Made by a program: the position numbers and the translations under genes
Assembly: GCA_903847545.1 (NCBI GenBank)
Contig: CAINDZ010000414.1
Span: forward strand, 1 to 30,788
Reading direction: 5' to 3'
From: an uncultured bacterium
GTDB taxonomy: Bacteria; Krumholzibacteriota; Krumholzibacteriia; LZORAL124-64-63
DNA length: 30,788 nt
Shown: positions 16,987-27,000 of the stretch, one piece after another
Layout: each line of letters starts with the position of its first letter
Numbering within the stretch: the stretch's first letter is position 1
Notes under the pieces: model-generated
Database searches by the model: none
The model's input: only the letters and a program-made list of their open reading frames with translations
What the model was told of the DNA's origin: nothing

Positions 16987-17832
16987 TCAGGGGACTTCCG
17001 TCATGGACGCCATCAACCGGGTGTCGGCCGTCGGTCCCGAGTTCTTCAACTGGTGGCAGCCGAGGCAGAGTTCGGGCTGCGTCGGGAACGCCACCAGCAG
17101 GTCGCGCTGCCCGCCCGTCAGGGAGTGGCACGTCTGGCACTCGACCTTGCCGTCGAACAGGCGCAGGCGCGGGTCGATCGGCGAGCGCAGGCGACGCTCG
17201 TCGTGCCCTGAACCGGCCACGGCTTCGACACCCAGGGGGTGGGTGGCGTGCTGGTTGAAGGTCAGCGATTCGCCGCCGGCGTCACCCTGCCAGGTCGAGC
17301 CGCTGCCGCTGGCGTGGCAGTTGAGGCAGCCCTGGCTCGGTGACTGGCCTGCCAGCAGCGCCGCATCGCGATGATACAGGGCTGCGGCGGCCCGGTGCGC
17401 CGGCGAGAGTTTCGACAGGTCGGCGCCGGGCTCGTGGCAGCCGGCGCAGTGCGCCGGGACGCCGTCACCCAGGCCCTCGGCCGGCATGGTCAAGGTGCCG
17501 ACCGATGTCTTGAGCCGGCCGAGGTCATGGAACGTGTGACATCCGGCGCAGTCGGCCTTGGGGTCGTCATGGAAGCCCAGCTGGCGCGACGCCGGCGATC
17601 CCTTGGCGGACACGTCGCGATGGCACGTGCGGCACGCCCGCGAGCGGGGGTCCGGGTCGTCGGGACCGGCGGTCGCGACCGCCCGCGCGGCGGCTCCCAG
17701 GTGGCAGCGCGCGCAGGCGATCCCCTCGTGCGGATCCGCAGCCGACGCCGAAAGCCCGTTCGCGGCCACGGAGGCTGCGGACAGGAGCAGGGCCGACAGG
17801 ACGGCAAGGTGCGTGCGCAAGGTGTCATTCAT
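16987..17832 (-). CDS. Exported heptaheme cytochrome c (281 aa)
   Basis: CARCH, CRTCH, CAGCH, CAGCH, CLNCH, CQTCH and CLGCH. Signal peptide from M at 17832. No clear RBS. Confidence 0.85.
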   Translation of the reverse strand: MNDTLRTHLAVLSALLLSAASVAANGLSASAADPHEGIACARCHLGAAARAVATAGPDDPDPRSRACRTCHRDVSAKGSPASRQLGFHDDPKADCAGCHTFHDLGRLKTSVGTLTMPAEGLGDGVPAHCAGCHEPGADLSKLSPAHRAAAALYHRDAALLAGQSPSQGCLNCHASGSGSTWQGDAGGESLTFNQHATHPLGVEAVAGSGHDERRLRSPIDPRLRLFDGKVECQTCHSLTGGQRDLLVAFPTQPELCLGCHQLKNSGPTADTRLMASMTEVP

Positions 17833-18028
17833 GCCGCAAGGTTTCGGATGATTTCTTAAATGCTTTAGTATTTTGTTGTATTGTGCGAAACCATGGCCGT
17901 CGCTGCCGGGGGACGGCCTGTATTCTGCGGGATACGGTCGGGCCGCGTGCGTGTTAACATGAGTGACGTGAAACGGCGTGCGGACACGGGCTTGCCCGTC
18001 CATCGCGTCGGTCCACCGGCGTCACGGG

Positions 18029-18045
18029 CTGGCACGCGGATTGCC
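18029..18045 (+). promoter_or_regulatory. Sigma54 (RpoN) -24/-12 promoter
   Basis: CTGGCACGCGGATTGCC versus consensus YTGGCACGNNNNTTGCW, about 60 nt before the first gene of the operon. Confidence 0.75.
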
Positions 18046-18105
18046 ACATGGGTTTGCCATATGGATCTGCCCGCACCGGTCCACAGCTTCAGACAAGGGT
18101 TTCCG

Positions 18106-18612
18106 ATGGACATGCGCCGACATCGCCAAGCGCCGGAACCCCGGTTCCGCCGGGCCGCCTGCCTGTCGGGCCTGTTCGTGCTGCTGGCCGTCCTGCCTCT
18201 CGCGGCAACGGCGGCGCCGCAGGCCCGCGGCGAGCATGCGCGACCGGCGGGGGATGCGCCGGGAGACGTGTTCTCGCGGCTGGCGTCGGCGTTCGAATCA
18301 GGCGATGCAGGCGGCCTGGCCGCGCTCGTGCATCGCGAGGGCCTGGCCGTCACGGACCGCGGCGAGCGATCCAGCGAGTACAGTCCCAGCCAGGCGCTCT
18401 ATTTCTTCAAGAACCTCTTCCAGGGGCAGCGCACGCTGCTGTTCGCGTACCGCACGTCGCCCGACGATGGTGACGGAGGCCGGGCCCGGGCCATGGCGCA
18501 GTGGAAGCGTCGCCGGATCGACTCCGAAGTGGTCGTCGAGGTGCAGGTGGTCCTCGTGCTGGCGCTCGACGAAGGGCGCTGGCGTCTCGCCGAGATCAAC
18601 ATGGTTCGCTAG
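18106..18612 (+). CDS. Small exported NTF2-like protein, DUF4783-like (168 aa)
   Basis: Signal peptide. AFESGDAGGLA, EYSPSQALYFFKNLF and GRWRLAEI resemble DUF4783. Start uncertain (18061, 18106 or 18112). Confidence 0.55.
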   Translation: MDMRRHRQAPEPRFRRAACLSGLFVLLAVLPLAATAAPQARGEHARPAGDAPGDVFSRLASAFESGDAGGLAALVHREGLAVTDRGERSSEYSPSQALYFFKNLFQGQRTLLFAYRTSPDDGDGGRARAMAQWKRRRIDSEVVVEVQVVLVLALDEGRWRLAEINMVR

Positions 18613-18620
18613 GAGGCGCG

Positions 18621-21600
18621 TTGGGCCGGTCCTGGCAGCGAGTGACAGTTGCCGTCGGCGCACTGTGCGTGGTGGCCCTCGGCGTGCTGCTGGCGCTGGC
18701 GGGTCGCCGTGCCGATGCCGCCGTGCTTCCCGGTCGCGTCGCGTTCGTCGGCCTGTCGATGCTGGCGTGCATCTCCGGTGGCCTGGCGTTGCGGCCGGGG
18801 CCGCGGCGCCAGGCCGCCGGCGCCGTGTTCCTGCTGGGCGCCGCGCTGGTCGCCGCGGCCATGTTGCTGCCGGGAGCGGGCGGGCGCAGCGCGACGGCGC
18901 CGGGCCTGTCGCGCGACGTGGATCTCGCGGCCGAGGCCCTCGAGCATGACGCGGCCGGCATCTGCGCGTTCGCCGAGCGGGGAGCCGCGCAGTTCGTGGC
19001 GCCGCCGGCCGGGCCCGGCGGTGCCGACTTCCGCCGGCTGGCCGGGCATGCCGCGACCTGGCGGCCGCGCGCGGCATGGAATCGCGAGGTTTCCCTCGGG
19101 CTGTGGCGCGACGGCCGGCTGGCTGCCTGGACCACCGGTGCCATTCCACTGGCGGCGCCTCGTCCCGGCCTGGCCGCTCCCGTCTCGAGGCTCGAGGCCT
19201 ACCGCGATGCATGGGTGCTGAGGCGGCTGCAGCCGTGCCCGGGCGGCGCCGTCCTCGAGGTCCAGATGGCGCTTCCCGACCCGGGTGTCGCCGTCGCCGG
19301 CTGCGATTTCGAGGTGGTCCCGGGCGGCGCCCGCGCAGGCGCGACGCATCGCGATGTCGACCTCGACGGTGACGCGACCGCCATGGTCGTGCGCGTCCGT
19401 CCCACCCTGGGGGCCGCCGCGACCGCGGCCGCCTCGAACGGCGCGCGCCTGTTGGCGCTCATGCTCGTGGCCTGGGGCGCGCTGCTTGTCGCCGTCGCCG
19501 CGCTCACCGGCCGGGGCCTGGTCGTGCTGGCGGCGGCGGTGGCGGCGCGCGCATTCCTGGCGGCGGTCGACTTCCGGCAGTGGCTCGTCGCCTCGTTCCC
19601 GTCGGTGGAAATGCCGACTGCGCCCGGGTCGTGGTCCAGCCTGATCGATCCCTCGTACTTCGCGACGCCCTTGGCATGGGGCTGGTTCGCGACTACGGCC
19701 GACGCATTGCTGACGGCCGCCCTCGTGGCCTTCGCCGTGCGACTGGCCCACGTCGGCCTGGCGACGATGCCCGCCGCACGGCGCGACCAGCGGACGGGAG
19801 ACCCGGGCCCCTGGTGGCCCGTCGTGGCGTTCGCGGGCGCGGGGGCGATCCTGTTGCCGGGGCTGCGCGAGCTGGTGATCCAGCTGGCCAACAGCGCCAA
19901 CGCGCGACTGATCGGGCCGGGCGTGACGCTCTCCCTGTTGACGTTCTGGGCGCTGCACGTGGTGATCCTGCTGCTGGCCATGTCGGGACTGGCGCTGCTC
20001 GGGCTGCTGGCGGCCGCGACGCGCTCCGCAGCGCCGGGGCTTTCGCCGGCGCGGGTCGGCGGCGTCCCGGCCTTCGCCGGGGCGGCGGCCGGGGGGTGGA
20101 TGGCCGGCGCCGCGCCGGCCACCGGCCTCCTGGCCGGCGCGCTGGCCGCGGCAGTGTGGTGGTTCGAGGCCTGGGTGCGGTCCGTGCCCGGGCGTGGCGG
20201 CCGGTTGGCGTGGCCCGCCCTCGTCCTTGTGGCCGCCCTGTGGAACTACGCGTCGCTGCGGCACGTGCACGACACGGCGGAGAAGGTGTGGCTCGAGCGG
20301 CGGGCCGTGGACATCACCGAGGACAAGTCCGCCTGGTCGCGCAGCCTCCTGCAGACGATGCTCGTCGACCTGCAGGCGATCGACGACACGGCGCCGGCCG
20401 AGGAACAGGACGAACCGTGGCGCGACGAGGCGGCATGGCGGTTGTTCCGCGCGTCGATGTTCCACGACCTGCACCTGCCGGGCCTCGTCGAGATCCTCGA
20501 CCGTGACGAGCGCAGCGAGGGCCTGTTCGCGACCGGGTTCCTGCGCGACTACCACTACGAGACGATGGCGCGGTCGGGGTGGCAGACGGCCGGCGGCTCG
20601 CCGGCCGGCGCGGGCGACGACGTGGTGTTCCGCTCCGAGCGGCGGCTGTACAGCGGCGGGCAGGAGGACATCCTGGTGGCCGAGGCGCCGCGCCGCTCGG
20701 GCCGCGGCTGGCTTCGTGTCGAGCTGCCGCTGCGGTCCTGGCGCGTGTCCACGCTGAACGCGACGCCCGAACAGCCCGACACGGACGCGGCGCGGCGCTA
20801 CCGGCCGCGGCAGGAGATGGACCGCCCGGTCCTGTTGCTTCTGGCCGATGATGCCGGCTGGCGTGGCTCGGGCGCCGAGGGATTCCCGGGGCCCGAGGGA
20901 GATGCGCCCGTGGCCCGCCTGCGCAGCGGACAACGCTCCTGGGCGCTCGTGCCGATCGGGGGGCGCGACTGGCTGTGCCGCTGGGCCGCCATCCCGCCTG
21001 CCGCAGCCCGCGCGCCGGGCGAGGGATTCCTCATCGGCGTCGAACGCCCGACGGTCGGGGACACGCTGCTGGACGCGTCGAGGCTGGTCCTGATCGACAT
21101 CGTGGTCTTCGTCGCGCTGGCCGCGCTGGTCCGGTGCCGGCGGCTGTTCGGCCGGGGCGGCTGGCAACCCGGCATCCAGGAGAAGTTCCTCGCCGGCTAC
21201 CTGCTGCTGGGCCTGGTGCTGCTGCTGATGGTGGGGTATTCGGTCGACCGCGTCGGCTACGAGCGCGTGCGGAGCGAGGCGCGGCAGCAGGCGCGCGACG
21301 GGCTGGCCATGGCGATGCAGCAGCTCGGGGGCCTGCTTTCGGACCAGGCGCGCGACCTGGCCGACAGCGGCAGCCTGGACGAGGCGATGGGCGCGGGGGC
21401 GACGGCCGGACTCGCGGACGGCGACCTGCGTCGCGCGGTACTCTTCGGCGGCGATGGCCGCCTGCTGTTCGACGGCGCGGACACGCCGCTGACGGCGGAC
21501 GAGGCGGCGGCCCTGCTGGCGGCCGCGCGCCAGTCGCCGGTCGTCCTGGTGCGCGAGCAGGGCGAGGTGTTCGCCGGTGTCGCGGTGCCCGTGGCCCTCG

Positions 21601-23288
21601 GGCGCAGCCTGTCCGGGCCCGCAGCCTTCCCGGGCGGCGCCGCCCGGCATGGCGGCGTGGCGAACGACGGCCTGCTGATCTACCGGCAGCGCATCGACGG
21701 CGCCCTGATGGCCGGCCTCTCGGACCTGCTGAAGGGCGAGGTCACGCTCAGCATCGACGGCCATCCGCGCCTGACGAGCCATCCCGAGGGCCTGTTCGCG
21801 GGGACGCGACCGCCGCTGGTGGATCCCGGCCTGATGGCCACGCTCCACGACCATCCGCAGGGCCCCGGCCTGTCGTCGCCGGCCGGCCGGCCGTTCGCCT
21901 GCGACGCGGGCCAGCCCCTGCCCGCCTTCGAGCGCGACGGCTCCGGTCGCCTGGGCCGCAGACCGGCGCCTGCCGTGCTGGGCGTGTCGTTCCCCGGGCG
22001 CGAGCGCGAGTTCGCGGCCCAGCGGCGCGCCAACCTCCTGTTCCTGGCCGGCCTGGCCAACCTGATCCTGCTGACGGCGCTCCTGCTGGCCGCGCTGATG
22101 TCCTGGAGCCTGTCACGCCCGTTGCGCGTGCTGATGGGAGCGACGCGGTCGCTGGCCCGCGGCGACTACACCGCGCCGCTGCCGACCCCCGGGGGCGATG
22201 AGGTCGGCCGGCTCACGGAGGCGTTCGGGACGATGCGCGGACAGGTCCAGCGCGCGCGTGACGATCTTGCTGCGCGCGAGCGGTTCCTGGCGTCCGTGCT
22301 CGAGCGCGTTCCGGTCGGGGTGGCTGTCCTGTCCGGCGCCGGGGAACTGCTGGTGGTCAATCCCGCGGGCCGCGCGATCCTCGCGCACTCGTGGCCGGGC
22401 GAAGACGCGGCCACCGGGGTGCGGCGACTGTGCGACGGGTTCGGGCGGCGGGGCGCCGCCGGCGTCCCGGCGTCCGGCGAGCTGACCGTCGGCGACGGCC
22501 GTTCGACGCTTCGCGGCGCCGTGGCGCCGCTCGACGAGGATGATGTCGACGGCGACCTGATGATCGTCTTCGAGGACATCAGTGAGTTCCTGGCCACGAA
22601 GAAGCTGGCGCTCAACGCCGAGCTGGCGCGGCAGGTGGCGCATGAGATCAAGAACCCGCTGACACCGATCCAGCTCTCGGTCCAGCTGCTCGGGCAGGCC
22701 TGGCGCGACCGCCATCCCCAGCTCGAGCGGATCGTGCCGGACACCGTCGAGCGCGTCCTGGACCAGGTGGACCTGCTGCGGCGCATCGCCTCGGAATTCA
22801 GCCTGCTCGGACGCCCGGACCCGCTCGCCTGCGTTCCCGTCGCGCTGCCGGATCTCGTGGCGCGCATCGTGGGCGGCTACGCGGGCGCCGAGGTGACGGT
22901 GCGCGGCGAGGCGCCCGCGGGATTGCCGCGCGCACTGGCGCACGAGGAATCCCTGAAGAAGATCCTGGGCAACCTGATGCAGAACTCGCTGGACGCGGCG
23001 CGGCCGGGCGTGCCGGCCGAGATCGAGCTGGGCTGGGGCGCCGCCGATGGAAAGGTGCGGCTGACGTGGCGCGACAACGGCGTCGGCCTGGGGGCGGACG
23101 TGGCTGCGCGCCTGTTCGAGCCTTATTTTTCCACCAAGAGCAAGGGCACGGGCCTGGGGCTGGCGATCTGTCGCAGCCTGGCCGAGCGCATGGGCGGGAC
23201 CATCAGCCTGGCCGGACGCCGGGACGGACCCGGGGCCGAGGCCGTGCTGGAACTGGCGACGGCCGCGGTGGACGGGGAGGAGGCATGA
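18621..23288 (+). CDS. Very large NtrY-like membrane sensor histidine kinase (1555 aa)
   Basis: HAMP and PAS-like segments. H-box ARQVAHEIKNPLTPIQLS, N-box GNLMQNSLDA, DNGVG, LFEPYFSTK and GTGLGLAI. TTG start at 18621 after AGGAGG. Confidence 0.9.
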   Translation: MGRSWQRVTVAVGALCVVALGVLLALAGRRADAAVLPGRVAFVGLSMLACISGGLALRPGPRRQAAGAVFLLGAALVAAAMLLPGAGGRSATAPGLSRDVDLAAEALEHDAAGICAFAERGAAQFVAPPAGPGGADFRRLAGHAATWRPRAAWNREVSLGLWRDGRLAAWTTGAIPLAAPRPGLAAPVSRLEAYRDAWVLRRLQPCPGGAVLEVQMALPDPGVAVAGCDFEVVPGGARAGATHRDVDLDGDATAMVVRVRPTLGAAATAAASNGARLLALMLVAWGALLVAVAALTGRGLVVLAAAVAARAFLAAVDFRQWLVASFPSVEMPTAPGSWSSLIDPSYFATPLAWGWFATTADALLTAALVAFAVRLAHVGLATMPAARRDQRTGDPGPWWPVVAFAGAGAILLPGLRELVIQLANSANARLIGPGVTLSLLTFWALHVVILLLAMSGLALLGLLAAATRSAAPGLSPARVGGVPAFAGAAAGGWMAGAAPATGLLAGALAAAVWWFEAWVRSVPGRGGRLAWPALVLVAALWNYASLRHVHDTAEKVWLERRAVDITEDKSAWSRSLLQTMLVDLQAIDDTAPAEEQDEPWRDEAAWRLFRASMFHDLHLPGLVEILDRDERSEGLFATGFLRDYHYETMARSGWQTAGGSPAGAGDDVVFRSERRLYSGGQEDILVAEAPRRSGRGWLRVELPLRSWRVSTLNATPEQPDTDAARRYRPRQEMDRPVLLLLADDAGWRGSGAEGFPGPEGDAPVARLRSGQRSWALVPIGGRDWLCRWAAIPPAAARAPGEGFLIGVERPTVGDTLLDASRLVLIDIVVFVALAALVRCRRLFGRGGWQPGIQEKFLAGYLLLGLVLLLMVGYSVDRVGYERVRSEARQQARDGLAMAMQQLGGLLSDQARDLADSGSLDEAMGAGATAGLADGDLRRAVLFGGDGRLLFDGADTPLTADEAAALLAAARQSPVVLVREQGEVFAGVAVPVALGRSLSGPAAFPGGAARHGGVANDGLLIYRQRIDGALMAGLSDLLKGEVTLSIDGHPRLTSHPEGLFAGTRPPLVDPGLMATLHDHPQGPGLSSPAGRPFACDAGQPLPAFERDGSGRLGRRPAPAVLGVSFPGREREFAAQRRANLLFLAGLANLILLTALLLAALMSWSLSRPLRVLMGATRSLARGDYTAPLPTPGGDEVGRLTEAFGTMRGQVQRARDDLAARERFLASVLERVPVGVAVLSGAGELLVVNPAGRAILAHSWPGEDAATGVRRLCDGFGRRGAAGVPASGELTVGDGRSTLRGAVAPLDEDDVDGDLMIVFEDISEFLATKKLALNAELARQVAHEIKNPLTPIQLSVQLLGQAWRDRHPQLERIVPDTVERVLDQVDLLRRIASEFSLLGRPDPLACVPVALPDLVARIVGGYAGAEVTVRGEAPAGLPRALAHEESLKKILGNLMQNSLDAARPGVPAEIELGWGAADGKVRLTWRDNGVGLGADVAARLFEPYFSTKSKGTGLGLAICRSLAERMGGTISLAGRRDGPGAEAVLELATAAVDGEEA

Positions 23289-24010
23289 CGACGATGACCT
23301 CACGACGCCCTCCTGCTCGCGTGGCGAGGTCGTTGCGCCTGCGGGCGCCTGCCATGGCCGCCGTGCTCGTCGTCGTCCTTGCCGCGAGCGCGCCGGCGGC
23401 CCCGGTCGGTGACACGGCCCTGGTCGGCGTCGCGCGCCTGCAGTACGGGGGCGGCGGCGACTGGTACTGCAACCCGACCAGCCTGCCGAACTGGCTGGCG
23501 CTGTTCAGCCAGCGCACGGGCATTCCCGTGGCTCCGCGCGAGTTCGTGGTGACGCTCGACAGCGAGGACCTCTTCCGCCACCCGCTGCTGTACATGTCGG
23601 GCCACGGTCGCATCGCGCTGACCGAGGGCGAGTTGCAGTCCCTGCGGCGCTACCTGGACGCGGGCGGGTTCCTGTGGGCGGACGACAACTACGGGCTCGA
23701 CGCGTCGTTCCGCGCGATGGTGGCGCAGTTGTACCCCGGGCAGAAGTTGGAACCCCTGGGCGGGGACCACCCCATCTACCACGCCTACTACGACCTGCCC
23801 GGACTGCCGAAGATCCACGAACACGATGGCGACCCCGCGCAGGGCTTCGGCATCGAGCGCGCCGGGCGCCTGGTCATCTTCTATTCGTGGTCCGCGGATA
23901 TCGGGGACGGACTCGAGGATCCTGATGTTCACGGCGATCCGCCCGCCGTCCGCGAGTCGGCGGCGAAGATGGCGGTCAATGTCCTGACCTACGCCCTGAC
24001 CAGACCCTGA
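23285..24010 (+). CDS. DUF4159-family protein (241 aa)
   Basis: YGGGGDWY.NP, HPLLYMSGHG, LRRYLDAGGFLWADDNYG and DIGDGLED motifs. ATGA overlap with the kinase stop. Confidence 0.85.
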   Translation: MTTMTSRRPPARVARSLRLRAPAMAAVLVVVLAASAPAAPVGDTALVGVARLQYGGGGDWYCNPTSLPNWLALFSQRTGIPVAPREFVVTLDSEDLFRHPLLYMSGHGRIALTEGELQSLRRYLDAGGFLWADDNYGLDASFRAMVAQLYPGQKLEPLGGDHPIYHAYYDLPGLPKIHEHDGDPAQGFGIERAGRLVIFYSWSADIGDGLEDPDVHGDPPAVRESAAKMAVNVLTYALTRP

Positions 24011-24022
24011 GGCGGCGCGACC

Positions 24023-27000
24023 ATGGGGGCCCCTGCCGACATCGCGGTGCGCGAACTGGGACGCCTGCAGCGGCGCGTGCGCCGTCGTGCGCTCGCGTAC
24101 GGCCTGTTCGGCTGGCTGGCGACGGCGGTGCCACTCGCCGCGTTCACGGTCTGGCTGGCCGGCGCCTGGGGCGCGCGGGCCGGCGGGCTCGCCGCGGGCC
24201 TGGGCGTGTCGTTGGCGACGGCGCTGCTGCTGGCGGCATTCATGCACATCTGGCGCCCCTGGCGTCGCTACGCCGGGCTCGCCCGTTTCGCCCGCTGTGT
24301 GGAGGCGCGCGGCGGCTTCGACAACCTCGTGGTCGCGGCAGAGGAGGCGGCGCGCGCGCCCGCGCGCTGGCCGGCCGACGATGTCGTCGCGCGGGAACTC
24401 GCCCGGCGCCTCGACGCCCGGGCCGCGCAGCTCATCGGCTCAGTCTCCCCGGCAACCGTCCATCCCCTGGTCGGCCTGCGCCTGCGCGCCGGGGCGCTTG
24501 CGGCCGGCGTGGCGGCCTGCATCGTCCTGGCCGCCGGGTGGCCGGCCCTGACCGTGCGCGGACTGACGGCGCTTGCCGACCCCCTGGGCGCCGGCAGGGC
24601 GAGGGCCGCGGCCGGCCTGCTGGCCGAGCCGGGACCGGACTGGGTGCTGTTCGGCGGGACCGTGGCGTTGTCGGCGCGCGATTTCGCCATGGAGCCGCAG
24701 GGCGTGCGCTGCGAGCTCCGGTTCGGGGAGGCCGCGTGGACGTCCGTCGACGCCAGGCCCGAGGCGAGGACGTCCGGCCTCGAGGCAGGCCAGGGACCCG
24801 GCGCCGGGCGTCGCTGGACGGCACAGGTCGGCGACATCCGCGAGGATTTCGCGTGGCGCTTCCGTCGCGGCGGCGTCGTCACCGCCGTCGGCAAGGTTGC
24901 GGTACGGCGGCCCCCGATCCTGGCGCAGGTTTCCGCCCGCATCGAGCCGCCGGCGTACACCGGGCTGCCGGCCTCCGACGTCGAGCGCCTGCCGGCCCTG
25001 AGCGAGGTGCCGACGGGCAGTCGCGTGACGATCAAGGCCCGCGCGGGCCATGACCTGGCCGCCGGCTGGCTGCGGCTGGCCGGCGGCGACAGCCTGCCGA
25101 TGACGATCGACGGGAGCCGGGCCACGACTTCCCTCGTCGTTGATCACGACATCGTCTTCACGTTCGGCTTGAAGGACGGCTACGGGCTGTCGGCACGCGA
25201 CCCGCTGGAATACCGGCTCGGTGCGCTGGCCGACCAGCCGCCCGGCGTGCTCCTGGCACGCCCCGGCGACGATGGGCGCCTGCCGCTGGACGGCAGGCTC
25301 GACCTGGTCGTGGAGGCCAGCGACGACTTCGGGCTCGCGAAGCTCGAGTTCCTCGCCGGTGGCGCCGATGCCGCTGGCGCCGGACGCGGCGCGTTCGGCC
25401 CGCGCCTGCCCGCGAACTGGTTGGAGGTGCGGACGGCGACCGGGACGCTGCGGCTGCGGGCCCGCGCGCTCGACGGTCCGCCGTCGCCGCTGCGCGCGGC
25501 GATCGCGCTCGAGGTCGATGCAGCCGCGCTGGACCTGGCCCCCGGCGACGTGTTGGACCTGTCCGTGGAGGCGACCGACAACCGCGCGCCGGGAAAGGGC
25601 CAGGTGGCGCGTTCGGCGACGTTGCGGCTCGTCTTGCCGTCGGCCGGCAGCGTGCTCGCGGCGCAGGCCGATTCCGCGCGCGCCAGCCGCGAACAGCTCG
25701 AGGATGCGCGCGGCCGCAGCTGCGACCTGGACGCGGACCTCGCCCGCCTGTCGCGCGAGCTGCTCAAGAACCCGGTCACCGACTGGGCCCGCCAGCAGGA
25801 GATCGAGGCGGCGCTGGCCCGGCAGCAGGCGATGCAGAAGGAGCTCGCCGCCGTCGCCGACGAGTTGCGGCGCCAGATGGATGAGCTGGCCCGCGGCGGC
25901 CTGACGTCGGAAGAGCAGGTGCGCAAGGCGGCGGAGCTGGCGGACCTGCTGTCGCCGCAATCGCCGACGGCGCTCGAGGACCTGCTCCGGCGCCTGGACG
26001 CCGCCGACGGCAAGCCCGCGGCCGAGGACCTGGCGCGGGCCATGGAAGAGGTGACCCGCGCGCAGAAGGACCTGGCCCGGCGCCTGGATGCCGCGCTGGA
26101 AGTGATGAAGCGCATGGCCGAGGAACAGCAACTCGAGGGCCTGACCGCGCTGCTCGAGGACCTGATGCGCCGGCAGCAGGAACTGGCGGACCTCAGTCGC
26201 AAGGCCGGCGAGGCCGATCCGGCCGGTCGGCAGGCGGCCAGCGAGGAGATCGCCCGCCGGCAGGAAGCGCTGGCCCGCGAACTGGACGCGTTGCGCGACA
26301 AGCTGGAGCAGGCGCTGGCCGCGCGAGGCGACCAGGAGGGCGGCCAGCAGCAGAGCAGTCCACAGGACGACGGCAACAAGGGAGAATCGGGTCAACAGGG
26401 CGAATCGTCATCGTCATCGTCGCAGAAGCAGGCGCTGCGCGAGGCGCTCGAGAAGTTGAGGAAGCAGCAGGCAGAGGGCGGCATGGACAAGGCCTCGCGC
26501 GCCCTGCAGCAGCTCGATCCGGACGAGGCGGCCAGGATGCAGCAGCAGGCGCTGCGCGACCTGGGCTCCCTGTACAGCGTGCTGGTGGCCTCTCAGAAGG
26601 CGATGCAGTCGGCCCTGAAGATGGAGCAGGTCGCGTCGTTGCGCGGCCTGGCTGCGGACCTGCTGGCGCTGTCGGAGCGGCAGGAGTCGCTCGGCGGCCG
26701 GATCCCTCCGCAGTTGCAGGATGTGCGCAACGTCGAGCTGACGCGGCAGCAGCATCGGTTGCAGAAGGCGGCCGTCGGCACGCGCGAGCGCCTGGCCGTC
26801 CTGGCGAAGGAAGCTCCCAATCGCGTGCTGAAGCTGCTCGAGAAACTCGACGGCCTCATCGAGGAGATGGGAAGCGGCGTCCGCGCGCTCGACGAGGGGC
26901 GCGCAGCGGAGGCGCGCGAGGCGTCGAGCCGCAGCCTGGCCGAGTGCAACCGCATCGTCATCGGTCTGCTGACCGAGGCGCAGATGTCGGGCTCGGCCAG

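Noticed and set aside
4312-17832. Mobile-element origin of the cytochrome block
   Set aside because: No integrase, transposase, tRNA or flanking direct repeats were seen.
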